DNA from: Podarcis erhardii
Lineage: Eukaryota
NCBI GenBank assembly: GCA_964252035.1
Contig: OZ176211.1
DNA: 64,000 bases
Reading direction: 5' to 3' (one strand)
Shown: one piece after another, positions 1 through 10,775 of the stretch
How positions within the stretch are numbered: the stretch's first letter is position 1
How the letters are laid out: each line of letters starts with the position of its first letter
Made by a program: the position numbers and the translations under genes
The notes under the pieces: model-generated
Database searches by the model: none
What the model was told of the DNA's origin: nothing
What the model saw: the letters and a program-made list of their open reading frames with translations, nothing else

Positions 1-874
1 TGGACATGTCCGAAAGTGAAGGCCTTTTGGGAAATGATCTATAATGAGTTAAAAAAGGTATTTAGATATACCTTGCCTAAGAAACCGGAGGCCTTCCTTC
101 TGGGCATTGTAGACCAGAATGTGGTAAAGAAGGATAGAATTTTCTTTATGTATGCTACAACAGCAGCAAGAATTCTCATCGCAAAGTGTTGGAAGACACA
201 AGATTTACCCACACTGGAGGAATGGCAGACGCAGTTGATGGACTATATGGAACTGGCGGAAATGACTGGCAGAATCCGAGACTTGGGAGAAGAAAAAACG
301 GAAGAGGACTGGAAAAAATTTAAGGATTATTTGCAAAAATACTATAAGCTTTATGAATGTTAAGATAATGCACTTTTTAGGAAACACTAGCCCCAGCAAT
401 GGTAATTAGGTGAAATGAAAACCAAGGTACAAGAAAAGAGAGGTGAAATTAAGGAAAACTTTTATTGTATGATGTTTTAACCACAACATATAAGATTATG
501 GTTACAATAACTTTGACTTTGGCAACATGAAATTGAAAGATACAATAAGTAATGAATTGAAAGATACAATAATGAATTGAAAGATACAATAAGTAATGAA
601 ATAAGATAACAAATAGTTGAGGATTTCATATTATGAATATTGGGTTACAAATATATTGAAATGGGTAATATGACAAAATGACAGATATAATAAGTGATGA
701 AATAAGATAACAAAATGCTGAAGTTGGTATTATAAATAATGCAGATTCGGGAAGATGTGGGGAAGTCCAAAAGATTCTGTAAAAGAAATATGTCTTATGA
801 AATTTTTGTATTTTATTTTTTTTTCTGTTCTTTTTTATTCTGTGAAATTAATAAAAATATTAAAAAAAAAAAAA
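1..874 (+). mobile_element. 3' end of an L1/Tx1-clade non-LTR retrotransposon (ORF2 C-terminus, 3'UTR, poly-A)
   Basis: Frame +1 is open from base 1 to the stop at 361-363 (WTCPKVKAFW...TTAARILIAKCWKTQDLPTLEEWQ...), typical of the reptile/fish L1-like ORF2 tail after the zinc knuckle. AT-rich UTR follows, with AATAAA at 850-855 and an A-run at 862-874. Confidence 0.8.
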
Positions 875-892
875 TATTTTATGTCCTGTTCC

Positions 893-930
893 AAATAATA
901 TATATTCAAAAATAATATATATTCAAAAAT
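893..930. repeat. 17-bp tandem duplication (AAATAATATATATTCAA x2.2)
   Basis: Identical units at 893-909 and 910-926, plus partial AAAT. Confidence 0.9.
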
Positions 931-1699
931 GTTACTGGAATTTATGTCCAAAAGAACCATAGCTTCTTATTTTGAACTTTTGTTTTAGCTTCATAATAGC
1001 ATTACAGAAGACACTTGAAAGCATGGCAGCAGAATAGGTATTAACTGGCACCTAAGGGGAAATGGGGAAGCAGTTTGATTTTCACAATTTTCTTGCCCCC
1101 TTTGAAAAGCCTTTCTTTCCAGTGGCCATTCAAATAACATTCATATTTGTTTGTATTGTCTTTAAACATTCATCAGTTTTCACCTGATGCAGAAAATGAA
1201 GGAATCTGTGGCAAGAGACAAGCAGGAGGTATTTTGATTGCTTGTCTAAAAGCCTTGCAACTTCATTGCAGGAACAATATGTGTCACACTAACGATTTGA
1301 ACCAAATACAATAAAGTGGCTGTATATTCTGTAACTTCTGAAAGCACTTTTACCGACATTGAATCATAATAGTGTAGCTTAAATACTTTATTTAGTAATC
1401 TAGTAACAATGCTACCATTGCTAACATTAATACTTTTGAATCTTGAGTTTAGAAATCCTTCTGTAGTATATTTGACATTTAAAAAATACTTATGAAGGGT
1501 TATCATGCTCTTTCATTTTGGAAAAAAATATCATTGAAATCACCCTATTGATTCCTGTCCACCTTGGTTCATAAAAGCTAGTAGAGGAGATATGAGTGGT
1601 TGGGTGCAGTTTATTTGCCTGGCTGAAAGTGTCCTCTTCTAAAGAAACCCATGCTGGACCCCTGTTGGACCCATTGGCTTTTAATGATTATCATGTAGT

Positions 1700-3092
1700 C
1701 ACAAATACCCTCTCTAGGGCAAAGGAGTTGAGAGAGAAGGTGTTGGCACAAGTGTAGGTACTCTTGGAGGAGACTGATTATCTAGGCCCAGTTTTGGAAC
1801 AGAATTGAGTTTGACCTTGGATTCCCTAGTGGATTCCCTTTCTTGGGACAGAGGAGTGCAACCCTGTTCCTACTTCTTGATCTCTCAGCAGCTTCTGATG
1901 GTATCAACTAGGTGTCCTGGACGGCCTCCAAGGAAAGGATATTGGGGCCCATTGTTTTACAGTGGTTCCAATCTTACCTACGAGGTTGGTTACGAAGGAT
2001 AGCATTAGGGGAGTGCCTTTCGGCTCTCTGGCACTTGTTTTATAGGGTGCCACAGGGCGTTATATTATGCCTGATGCTATTAAACATACGAAACTGTTGG
2101 GAGTAGCTGTTAAGAGGTTGGGAGCAGGGTGTCCCCTATATGCCAATAACAACCATCTTGTGTTTCTCTATAACATCTGAGTCAGGTGAGATTGTGCAAA
2201 ACATGGACTGGTACCTGAATGCTGTGGTGGGCTAGATGAGGGCCAGTAAATTGAGTTGAAATCCTGGCCAGGTGGAAACATGGCTGATGAGTGGTTTCTG
2301 TGTCTGAGATATAGACCATTTGCCTGTTCTTGCACTCCCTCTGAGCAGGCGTGCAGTCTGGAGGTACTCCTGGACTCAGCTTTGTCCCTTGAGACTCAGG
2401 TTGCCTCAGTAACTAGGAATGCCTTTCACCAGCTTCAGCATGTGCATTAGCTGTGACTTTTCCTGACTCAGGATAGCTTGGTTATGGTGGTTCAAGCATT
2501 GATAACTGAGGACAGACTACTATAATACACTCTATGTGGGGCTGCCCTTGGAGTAGGTTTGGAAGCAGTAGCTGACACAGAATTCTGCAGCCGGGTTTTT
2601 ACTGGGCATGCTACCTTGCACCTATGTGGGAGCTGTACGGGCAGTCACTATGCTACCAAGTTATTTTTAGTATCCCATTATTATATACAGCTCTAAGCAA
2701 TCTTGGGCATTGTGTTTAAAATATGGCCTTATTCCTTACTCCCCTGCCTGATCTTTGTAATTTGCCACAGAGGCATGTCTGATGGTGCCTGGCAGTGCTA
2801 GACTGTCCTCGGCAAGAAATTGTGAATTATGTGTGAGTTAAGGAATTCTGTACCTAATGAAATCAAGTTGGCGTCTGTAATGAGCTCCAAGTGCCAACTT
2901 AAAGACTTTGATATTTTAGCAAGTGTTAGGGAAATAATTTATTATTTTCGTTATCATTAGAACATCTATTTTTGTATTTCAGATTCTTTTATATATGTTG
3001 ATTTTTATTGATGTTTTGCTTTTAATTGAGATTCTGTATACCACGTGGGTATCTTTTTATGAATTTGCAGTATAGAAATGAATTATTAATAA
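1700..3092 (+). mobile_element. Decayed L2-clade LINE fragment (RT region to 3' tail)
   Basis: Frameshifted RT motifs QWFQSYL (~1961), VPQG (~2047), YANN for YADD (~2139), LLDSALSLETQVASVTRNAFHQL, then an L2-type tail. Boundaries approximate. Confidence 0.75.
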
Positions 3093-3897
3093 CACCTTTG
3101 GAGGTAGAAGGTTGCAGGTTCTCCAAATGATCTAGCTTCCCTTCCCTTCCTGCTATTTGATAGTACGTAGTTCAGGACATGGAGATCGGACTTCATGGGA
3201 TACATTGTCCCCATAATCGGATGTTATATTCAAGTCATTATTGTCACATGAGGCTCAGAATCTGTTAAGAAAATGCAAGGTAAAACAATGAGAAGTGATC
3301 TAACTGGAATAGAGTAGCTTTCACAGCTCTAACATTAGTTGTATATTCTTAATATAGTAACTCTTTGTCTAGCACTCTGTGTCTGCACATACAATGAAAT
3401 AAACTCTTAAAGTGCAGCCCTAACCATGTCTGCTCAGAAGTCCTATTCAGCTTAACTTCTAAGAAGGTGAAATTAGGTTTTCAGCCTTACCTATTATAAA
3501 TGTATCATAAAAAATATTAGTCTTAAAGATAGCGTGTGGCCTTCCGGTGTATCCCCCCCCGCCCCCTGGAAACTGTATCTTGCCATTAGTTTTCAAAATG
3601 CAGAATATCAAGCCTTGGATTTATATATGGTGGGATTGAAAGATGGAAGAGTAAGTGAGAGAAAATCTTACAAATACTCTTTCCTGAGTTTACCTTCAGT
3701 GTAGTCTGGTTGTAACAGTTGTGCATATTCCCTCTAGTTACAGAATACTTGGCATTGATCACATTTACCTCAACTGTTGAGAGGGTTTTTTTATACTTAA
3801 GGCAAATATTTTCAGTTTTAAAAGGCCTTTTGTGCAAGTTGCCACACTAAAAACAGATGTGAATAGCTAAAAACACCATATTAACCGTCGCATATAA

Positions 3898-4098
<201 letters not shown>

Positions 4099-5328
4099 TA
4101 ACTGTTGTGTGTCATTCATTCCAAATAATATGTGCAATACATAGCAGTTCTGGTACCTAAAAACACTGTGGATGAGTTGGTTGGGGATAGGTAAGAGAAG
4201 AAGCAAAATAGAAGCTGAGGGAACATACTCTCCTTCATATTGTAATATTCCCTAATAGAAACATCTCTCTAGTTCACCCTTGCCTACACTTCACGCACCC
4301 CTGTCATGTTCAACTTCTCTTTTCCTTATTACCCAACAGTCCAGGCTTAGGTTGGGAGTTCCTCAAGGCAGGGATCTGTCTTTTATTTTAGGGTCCATTT
4401 GGAAAGGTCATAAGGTTCTGAGCAGCCATGTGCAAGATGGTATTTTCCCTCTACTGCAGCAAAGCTAGGGCATTTGGCCTATTTCACTTATAAATCACTG
4501 GTGAGCTCTGATATACAGAATACCATCTGCATGTTATTTGCGAGGGGTTGTGGCTTCTGAAATAATTTCAGGTTTGCCTCATGGCCATGGGGTCTTCTTG
4601 CTTGGAGCAGGACAGCTTTATTAATGAAGCTTTTTAAATTTGAGACATGAGTAGGTTAGGTATACAGGAGGGATTCAGAACCTTATATTTAGTCTTCTTT
4701 TCAAATACTATGGAAATGTGAAAGTCCAAAAAGCAGCTGTCACTAATGTGCATCCATTCTAGAGGCCCACCTGGACATTTTCTGTCTGTCTCCTGTTCCA
4801 GTTTGATTTTTCTTTTCTTTTTTGTTCTTATGCTGCTTTTATGGGCTTGCAGTACCTCTAGAAATTGGCACTGGGACAAGATAGGTGCTTCAGCCTGTTC
4901 TTTTAGGAAATGAGCTTTGTTCCCTAGCATTGACTCTTCCTTGCTTCAGATGTTGAGTCTAATATCTGGACAGGCTGGCTCTTTTAGTGTGGCTTTGAAT
5001 TGGAGTGTTTAATTGAAGACAAACCCCAGGACCAAGTAAGTCCCAGGGAAAAGAACAGTTGCTGGTTATCAATTTGACAAGATGGGAGGCACCATAGGTG
5101 AGAAGTTCCTATGTTCAGGTTAGTTTCCTGATCTAGATAGAGTTGCACGCATTTAGAAGGAGAGGAGCTCTGTAATCTGAGAGTACTCCTGGATCCATCC
5201 TTGTCACTAGAGGCCCAGATGTTATCAGTAGCCAAGAGTTCCTTTTTCCAGCTAGGGCCACAGTTGTTCATGAATCGTTAACCTTTAGGCTTGATTACTG
5301 TATTATTATTATTATTATTATTTATTAA

Positions 5329-5794
5329 TGTAGTGCATCTACACTACTAAAAGTTGAGATTCCTGCTCCGTGATTACTGTCATGGGATTGTTGTCTTTCA
5401 CATGACGGTGTATGTTTTGACTCCACAGAGTGGGAAGTGACGGAGACAGGATGTTTGTGTTACTGTGTTCCGTGAAGTGGGACTATTGTCCTTTGTTCTT
5501 TTTCTCTTTGCTGTCTGATGCTAGAGAGAGAGGAAGCCATGTTGCAGTGCTCCATGTGTGTTTATATGTAAATAATGTAGATTAGCCAAAATGCTGAGTT
5601 GCCGAGGTCTGTCACACAAGGTGCGAAGACTCTGTGGATCCCTAAGTGTGCCGATGTCTGTTGGCATCGGTTGCTGTGATGTTCGGGCAGAAGAAAGCTT
5701 TTGAAGTTCCTGAATGATCAGGAAGGAGGGAACATGCCAGTCGGGCATGTGTCTCTGCCAGGGTCCTACTCGAGTGTAGGACGAGCTCCTGACA
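5329..5794. mobile_element. Solo-LTR-like insertion
   Basis: CpG-containing block unrelated to the flanking L2. Starts TG (5329, or TGTCA at 5378) and ends TGACA (5790-5794). No clean 4-6 bp TSD seen. Confidence 0.5.
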
Positions 5795-6040
5795 CTATCA
5801 GCAGCATGTAACACCTACTCTGCACAGGGATCTGCACTGACTGCCAACATGCTACTGGGTCAGATTTAAGGTTTTCATATTAGTCTTTAAAAGAATTTGG
5901 GATCAGAGTACCTGAGAGAGTTTTTTAGCTTCTTACATACTGGTACAGCCATGGGGTATGCACTTCTTGCAGTGCCTCATGCCCCTGAGGTCTGCCACAT
6001 GGTGACAAACAACTGGGGGAAACCCAGCCAGAAGGGTAGG

Positions 6041-6042
<2 letters not shown>

Positions 6043-6075
<33 letters not shown>
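6043..6075. repeat. (TAA)11 microsatellite (LINE tail)
   Basis: Direct reading. Confidence 0.95.
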
Positions 6076-6076
<1 letters not shown>

Positions 6077-9000
6077 GCCGTCCCGCTGTTGTAGGAATTC
6101 TCTTCCAGTGGATATCAGACAGGCATTGGCTATCTTGGCATTTCAGTGCCTTTTAATGGCATTTTTATTCCAACATGCCTTCCCAGAAGGATTTTCTTGG
6201 CCTGGTCCCTGTTGATTTTTGACAGTATAATTATATTTTATTCTGTCTTGTACTTTGCTTTAAGGTTCTTTTGAATATAAAGCAATTAAGATAATGCCTT
6301 TTTCTCTTCCCTTAGATCTGTAGTCAGCTTTCCATACCCTGTAGCAGTGTATATGATTCTTATGTACTTTTCCTGTGTGTTATGAATGGGAAAAACAGAG
6401 TACAGGGTTATGATAACTTAGCTAAGATGGGAAGTAGCTAAGCCCTTTTTATCACCCTGCTTAATGCCTTGCTGGAAAGCTGGAATTTCCCCTTAAATAC
6501 AGGAAAGTTAAAGGCAGCCTGATCTTCTAAGCTGGTGTTGAGTTGTTATTGAATCCCCATATTAAACACATATATTTGGCAGCACCTGGTGGTTAAATAA
6601 CTGCAGCTTTAGCGTGCTAACTAGGATAATGAGACACCCAAGTTTGAAACTCCCTTCTAGGGGGTGTTCAGTCTGCCATTAGAGTAGAAATTGTCACTGA
6701 ATATATTTTTATTTGTCCAGTCATTCAGATAATTAGGTGTGGTCCCCTTGCTGCAGATTTTACTGTTTTTTATTGAGATTTTATGGTTTTGATTATTTTA
6801 TCACTGTATGGTTTAATTTTTAGTGTTAGCTGCTCTGTGCTCCTGATTGGAGGAAAGGTGAAATATAAAAATAGTGAGTGGTATTCAACTCAATTGCTCC
6901 ATCAGTGCAAGGACATTTAGCTGTGCAATGGAACTTCCTCTCCCACTCTCAGGTGCCCCGCCCCCTAAATCAGTTTTGGGAGTTGCCTCAACTCTTCAAA
7001 GCTGACTTGGGAAGGGTGCACATGGGGTGGGGAACTTGAACTGTGTATATCTTGGGCTTACAGAAAGAGTGCATTGGGTACCACACAATGAATGAATGAT
7101 AATAATAAAAATACCTTGCTGAGTGTGATACTCCAGGTGAACAGTACTGTTAATTTGTAGAAGGTGAATAATTTTTTTATCTCTATGATTATTCCAAATT
7201 AATCAGTGGAACAGATGCCCTCCTTTGGTTTGCATAGAACAGATTTGAAGAAAGGTGTGAAAGGATTTTTGGAGTTGAGATTTAAATTTTCAACTTCAGT
7301 TCTGTCACTGGTGAATTGTCATAGTAATTCTAATATTGTAATTGCATAGTATCTGTTTTGCAAACTGGAGGTACTGTCGTTCTTTGTCTGTTAAATGGCC
7401 TAGCAAGACCTCAACATGTACAGTTGATTACCTCAAATTCTATTGATTTAACTTGGAGCTTTAGGGAACATGGTCACTTTGACCCATTTTTCATTTTGTT
7501 GGAGTGTTTCATGCTGTCCTTATTAATGCATTGGTCTGACTCTACATCAAGATCTGGCTATTGATTGACATAATAGTAGCTGGGAGTATTGGAAATACTG
7601 AGAGCCATTCTGCAGTAATGGAATGGTTAGACTTGCTGGATGTATGGTTTTAGGCACTATTATGTAAGAGGAATACAATCAATTATTACTTACTTGGGGT
7701 GAAATCATGTTTTACTTTAACTACTGGTTAGCTTAGTTTAAAAGTATATCTGGGTTATAATTACTGCATTACTACTGAAAAACATGGTGAGCTGGTTCAG
7801 TTCTGAGTGTCAGTTCAGAGTATGGAGGAAGGCCATAACCCAAGCACATGCTCTGAATGCAAAAAGTTCTAGGTTTAGTCTATTGACGTCTCTAGTTAAA
7901 AGGATTGAGTAGAAAGGGATAGAAAAACCTTTGTCAGAGTCCCTAGGGCAGGAATGATAAATGTGGCGCCTTCCAGATGATGTTGGACTGTAGCTCTCAT
8001 CATTGAACATTGGCTGTGTTGGCTGAGGCTAATGGGAGTTGGTCCATATCATGAGACCACTACATTGGCTACCTGTATCCTAGAGCTAGAGCATGGTGCC
8101 CTCCAGACATTGTTGGACTCACAATGCAATCACCCCCAGCAAGCATGTCCAGTGGTTGGGGATGATGGGAATTGTAGTCCAGCAACATCTGGTAAGTGTC
8201 ACATTAGCTGCATACATCTGTTCCAGAGGGCTGCTGTGAATCAGAGTATACAATTCTGGGATAGATGGGCAAACGGTCTGACCTGGTTTTTATTAATTTT
8301 TATTCTTAAAAAGTTTGCAAATTGCTTGAAAGGTAAAAACAAAATAAAATCCTCTTAAGGTGGCTTTTAAAACAAAACCAGTAGTCACAGATCTCAAACC
8401 ATTAATAAAAGGCAGCATCAGGAACAGCACCCATCCATGGGCAACTTCCTATGTAGCTGAATAATTTTCATTTTTTAAAAATACTGGGCATGGTACCCTT
8501 AAGGTCTTAGTCTCAGCACTTTCTTTTTAAATTACACTCAATTTTGGATTCTCAACCAGGAACTATCCTAGCAGTAAGCAAAAGAGTATTGGCTGCCGCC
8601 TCAGGAGCCACATGCTAGTCCGTGTGGGGCACAGAGTGGCAGCCCCCCAGGTATATTCCTCTGTTGGAAAACAACTGTGTGTAACACAGTTTACTAGCCT
8701 GCTGCCCTTAAGGGCAGTTGAGGACACTGTCCTCTCATCAGGGTTTAAGTGAGATTAAATGGCTAGTTCAGTTGATTTCTGTATATTCTTCCCCTGCCTG
8801 TCTTGTCCTTCATTTCTGGTGGTAAAATGTATTGGGCCCAGCCGCTTCTCAACACTTTTGTTAGGGATGGATAAACTATATTAGACCAAAATCAGTTTAT
8901 CTCAAGATCATAATTCTGTATGTAAGAAACCCATCCACTTCAAAATAATCATGATTGTTCTTGTGCCTTCCAACCACCTAATTAATGGCCAGTCCCAGCT

Positions 9001-9844
9001 AATCCTGTGTTAAAAATAAGACAGAATATCATATATTTGGCCTGAATTGAGTGAACTATGCAAGTTACTGTTTGATAAACCTTTGAACAAGGACATAAAA
9101 CTACTAATCTGATGTTTTACCCCGATTATGGACATCACTTTAGTACTACAACACTAAAATAACATGACGGAGACCAAATTAAAACTAACTGCTGTGGTAT
9201 TTAATCTGTTTTAATGGACAAAATAGGCTCACAAGACTTAGAAAAATTAAACTGCAGTTCAAAATTGTCTGTTTTCAAAGCAGTTAAATCATTTTGTTCT
9301 CAAATGACCAAATCGAAAGTGTAGAATTAGGCACCTCTTGGCGATTTCTTATTTTGAAAGCAAATAAAGTGCTTTTCATTCTTCAGACTTTATATCCAGA
9401 TGGTAACCTGCAACCCAGATATGACTTGCAGCGTGATCTTATCTAGTGCCTGAAGGTTGTCACAAATTTTAATTAAGGTGTACTAAAAATATTGCCTACA
9501 GAGTCACTTTCAGGGGAAAGAACATTTGTTTCCAAAAGTTGTATGCAAGTGAGATTTCATGCTTCATGTTGAGTTTTGGATGTAATTATATCTTACCACT
9601 AACTGCTTGGAGGAGCATTGGGAAAATATAATACTTAAACTTTTTATTGCTGTCATAATAAAATATATGCCAAAATAAATAAGATGGTATTTTAGATGCA
9701 TTTTAGGTGTTTTTGTTTTGTTTTGTTTTTTTGTTTTTTGAGTGTTTTACTACTTTAAAAAGTGCTTTTTAGGTACATTTTCATTGATCAGTGACTGCAT
9801 ATTGCCCAAGTATATTAGAAGTCTATACTGCTAAGTGACATCAA

Positions 9845-10560
9845 TTTCTTAATGAGACTGTTTATTTATTATACTTAATATCCTTTTGTTACATACCGTA
9901 AATGTACAGTGCATAACAACAATAAAATCACAATAGATAATTAATCCCTATAATAATCACCTCCTGCCAACCTAGCAGTTCGAAAGCACACCAAAGTGCA
10001 AGTAGATAAATAGGTACTGCTCCGGCGTGAAGGTAAACGGCGTTTCCATGCGCTGCTCTGGTTCGCCAGAAGCGGCTTAGTCATGCTGGCCACATGACCC
10101 GGAAGCTATACGCCGGCTCCCTCGGCCAATAAAGCGAGATGAGCGCCGCAACCCCAGAGTCTGTCACGACTGGACCTAATGGTCAGGGGTCCCTTTACCT
10201 TTATAATAATCATAAGCAATAAAACAATATAAAATCAAATAAGAGTTCATAAAGTAAAAAAAAAGTCAGCCAATTAAATTAAAAACATTAGAAAAGAGCA
10301 AATCCACAAATGCTTATTGAGTACAGATTTTGGCTGTACTGCTGATCAGGTTGTACGGCGTGACAACATGCATGTATCACCTTTGGAAGTCCGACTGGCA
10401 AATAGTCTTGCAAGAGATAATTAGCCCTCAAAAAAATATTGTTCCATCTGATGTCCTATCTGTGTTCTAATACTTTATGACACAGATAGCATTATGAATG
10501 TGTTGGAAAAGCCATCTCCCTTTTGAGTGGCCAAAACTTTTCAAGCTTCATTATTCACCT
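9845..10560 (-). mobile_element. Old L2-like 3' fragment hosting a Sauria SINE
   Basis: Reverse-oriented tail (tttatttatt...) and the A-rich spacer typical of squamate L2 3'UTRs, on both sides of the SINE. Boundaries approximate. Confidence 0.45.
9960..10201 (+). mobile_element. Sauria SINE, 5'-truncated
   Basis: ctcctgccaacctagcagttcgaaagcac...aagtagataaatagg...ggacctaatggtcaggggtccctttacct. 11-bp TSD TATAATAATCA at 9949-9959 and 10202-10212. Confidence 0.92.
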
Positions 10561-10627
10561 AGAGGCAACATTTAGTACTCCACAGGTGAGTGACTGAAGT
10601 AGCTTCTAAGAAAATGGAATGTAGACA

Positions 10628-10775
10628 TTTATTCAGTACTGTTTATATTGTCCGTTTCCTCTATCATGGAACTCGGGGTGGTGCATCTGGGATTCCCAGG
10701 CAGCCTTCCATCCAGGCACTTTCCAGATCCGGGCCTGCTTAGCTTCAGCAGCGTGGTTTCATCATGCGTCTTCAT
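10628..10775 (-). mobile_element. 5S rRNA-derived SINE (SINE3-like), decayed
   Basis: The reverse complement of 10683-10746 aligns without gaps to the 3' half of vertebrate 5S rRNA (about 50/64 by hand against the recalled sequence; box A and box C recognisable). A LINE-like AATATAAA...AATAAA tail follows. Confidence 0.7.

Larger units (their letters stand above)
5135..6076 (+). mobile_element. L2-clade LINE fragment, internally deleted and interrupted by an LTR-like insert
   Basis: LRVLLDPSLSLEAQMLSVAKSSFFQL and RLDYC lie before the insert. HVTP...LHxLP...FKV-like sequence lies after it, ending in a (TAA)11 tail at 6043-6075. Confidence 0.7.

Noticed and set aside
16-363. 115-aa ORF as a host gene
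   Set aside because: It is the end of a retrotransposon ORF2, followed directly by the element's UTR and poly-A.
531-598. Short direct repeats superficially like a CRISPR array
   Set aside because: No unique spacers, no cas genes, eukaryotic context, and located inside an L1 3'UTR.
1271-3211. One-mismatch GRE-like 15-mers (GGAACAataTGTGTC at 1271; GGGATAcatTGTCCC at 3197)
   Set aside because: The mismatches hit the critical C/G contact, there is no supporting motif cluster, and such matches are expected by chance. My scan was by eye and not exhaustive.
10683-10746. Possible 5S rRNA gene
   Set aside because: About 22% diverged, the 5' half does not match, and there is no array context. Treated as a SINE head.
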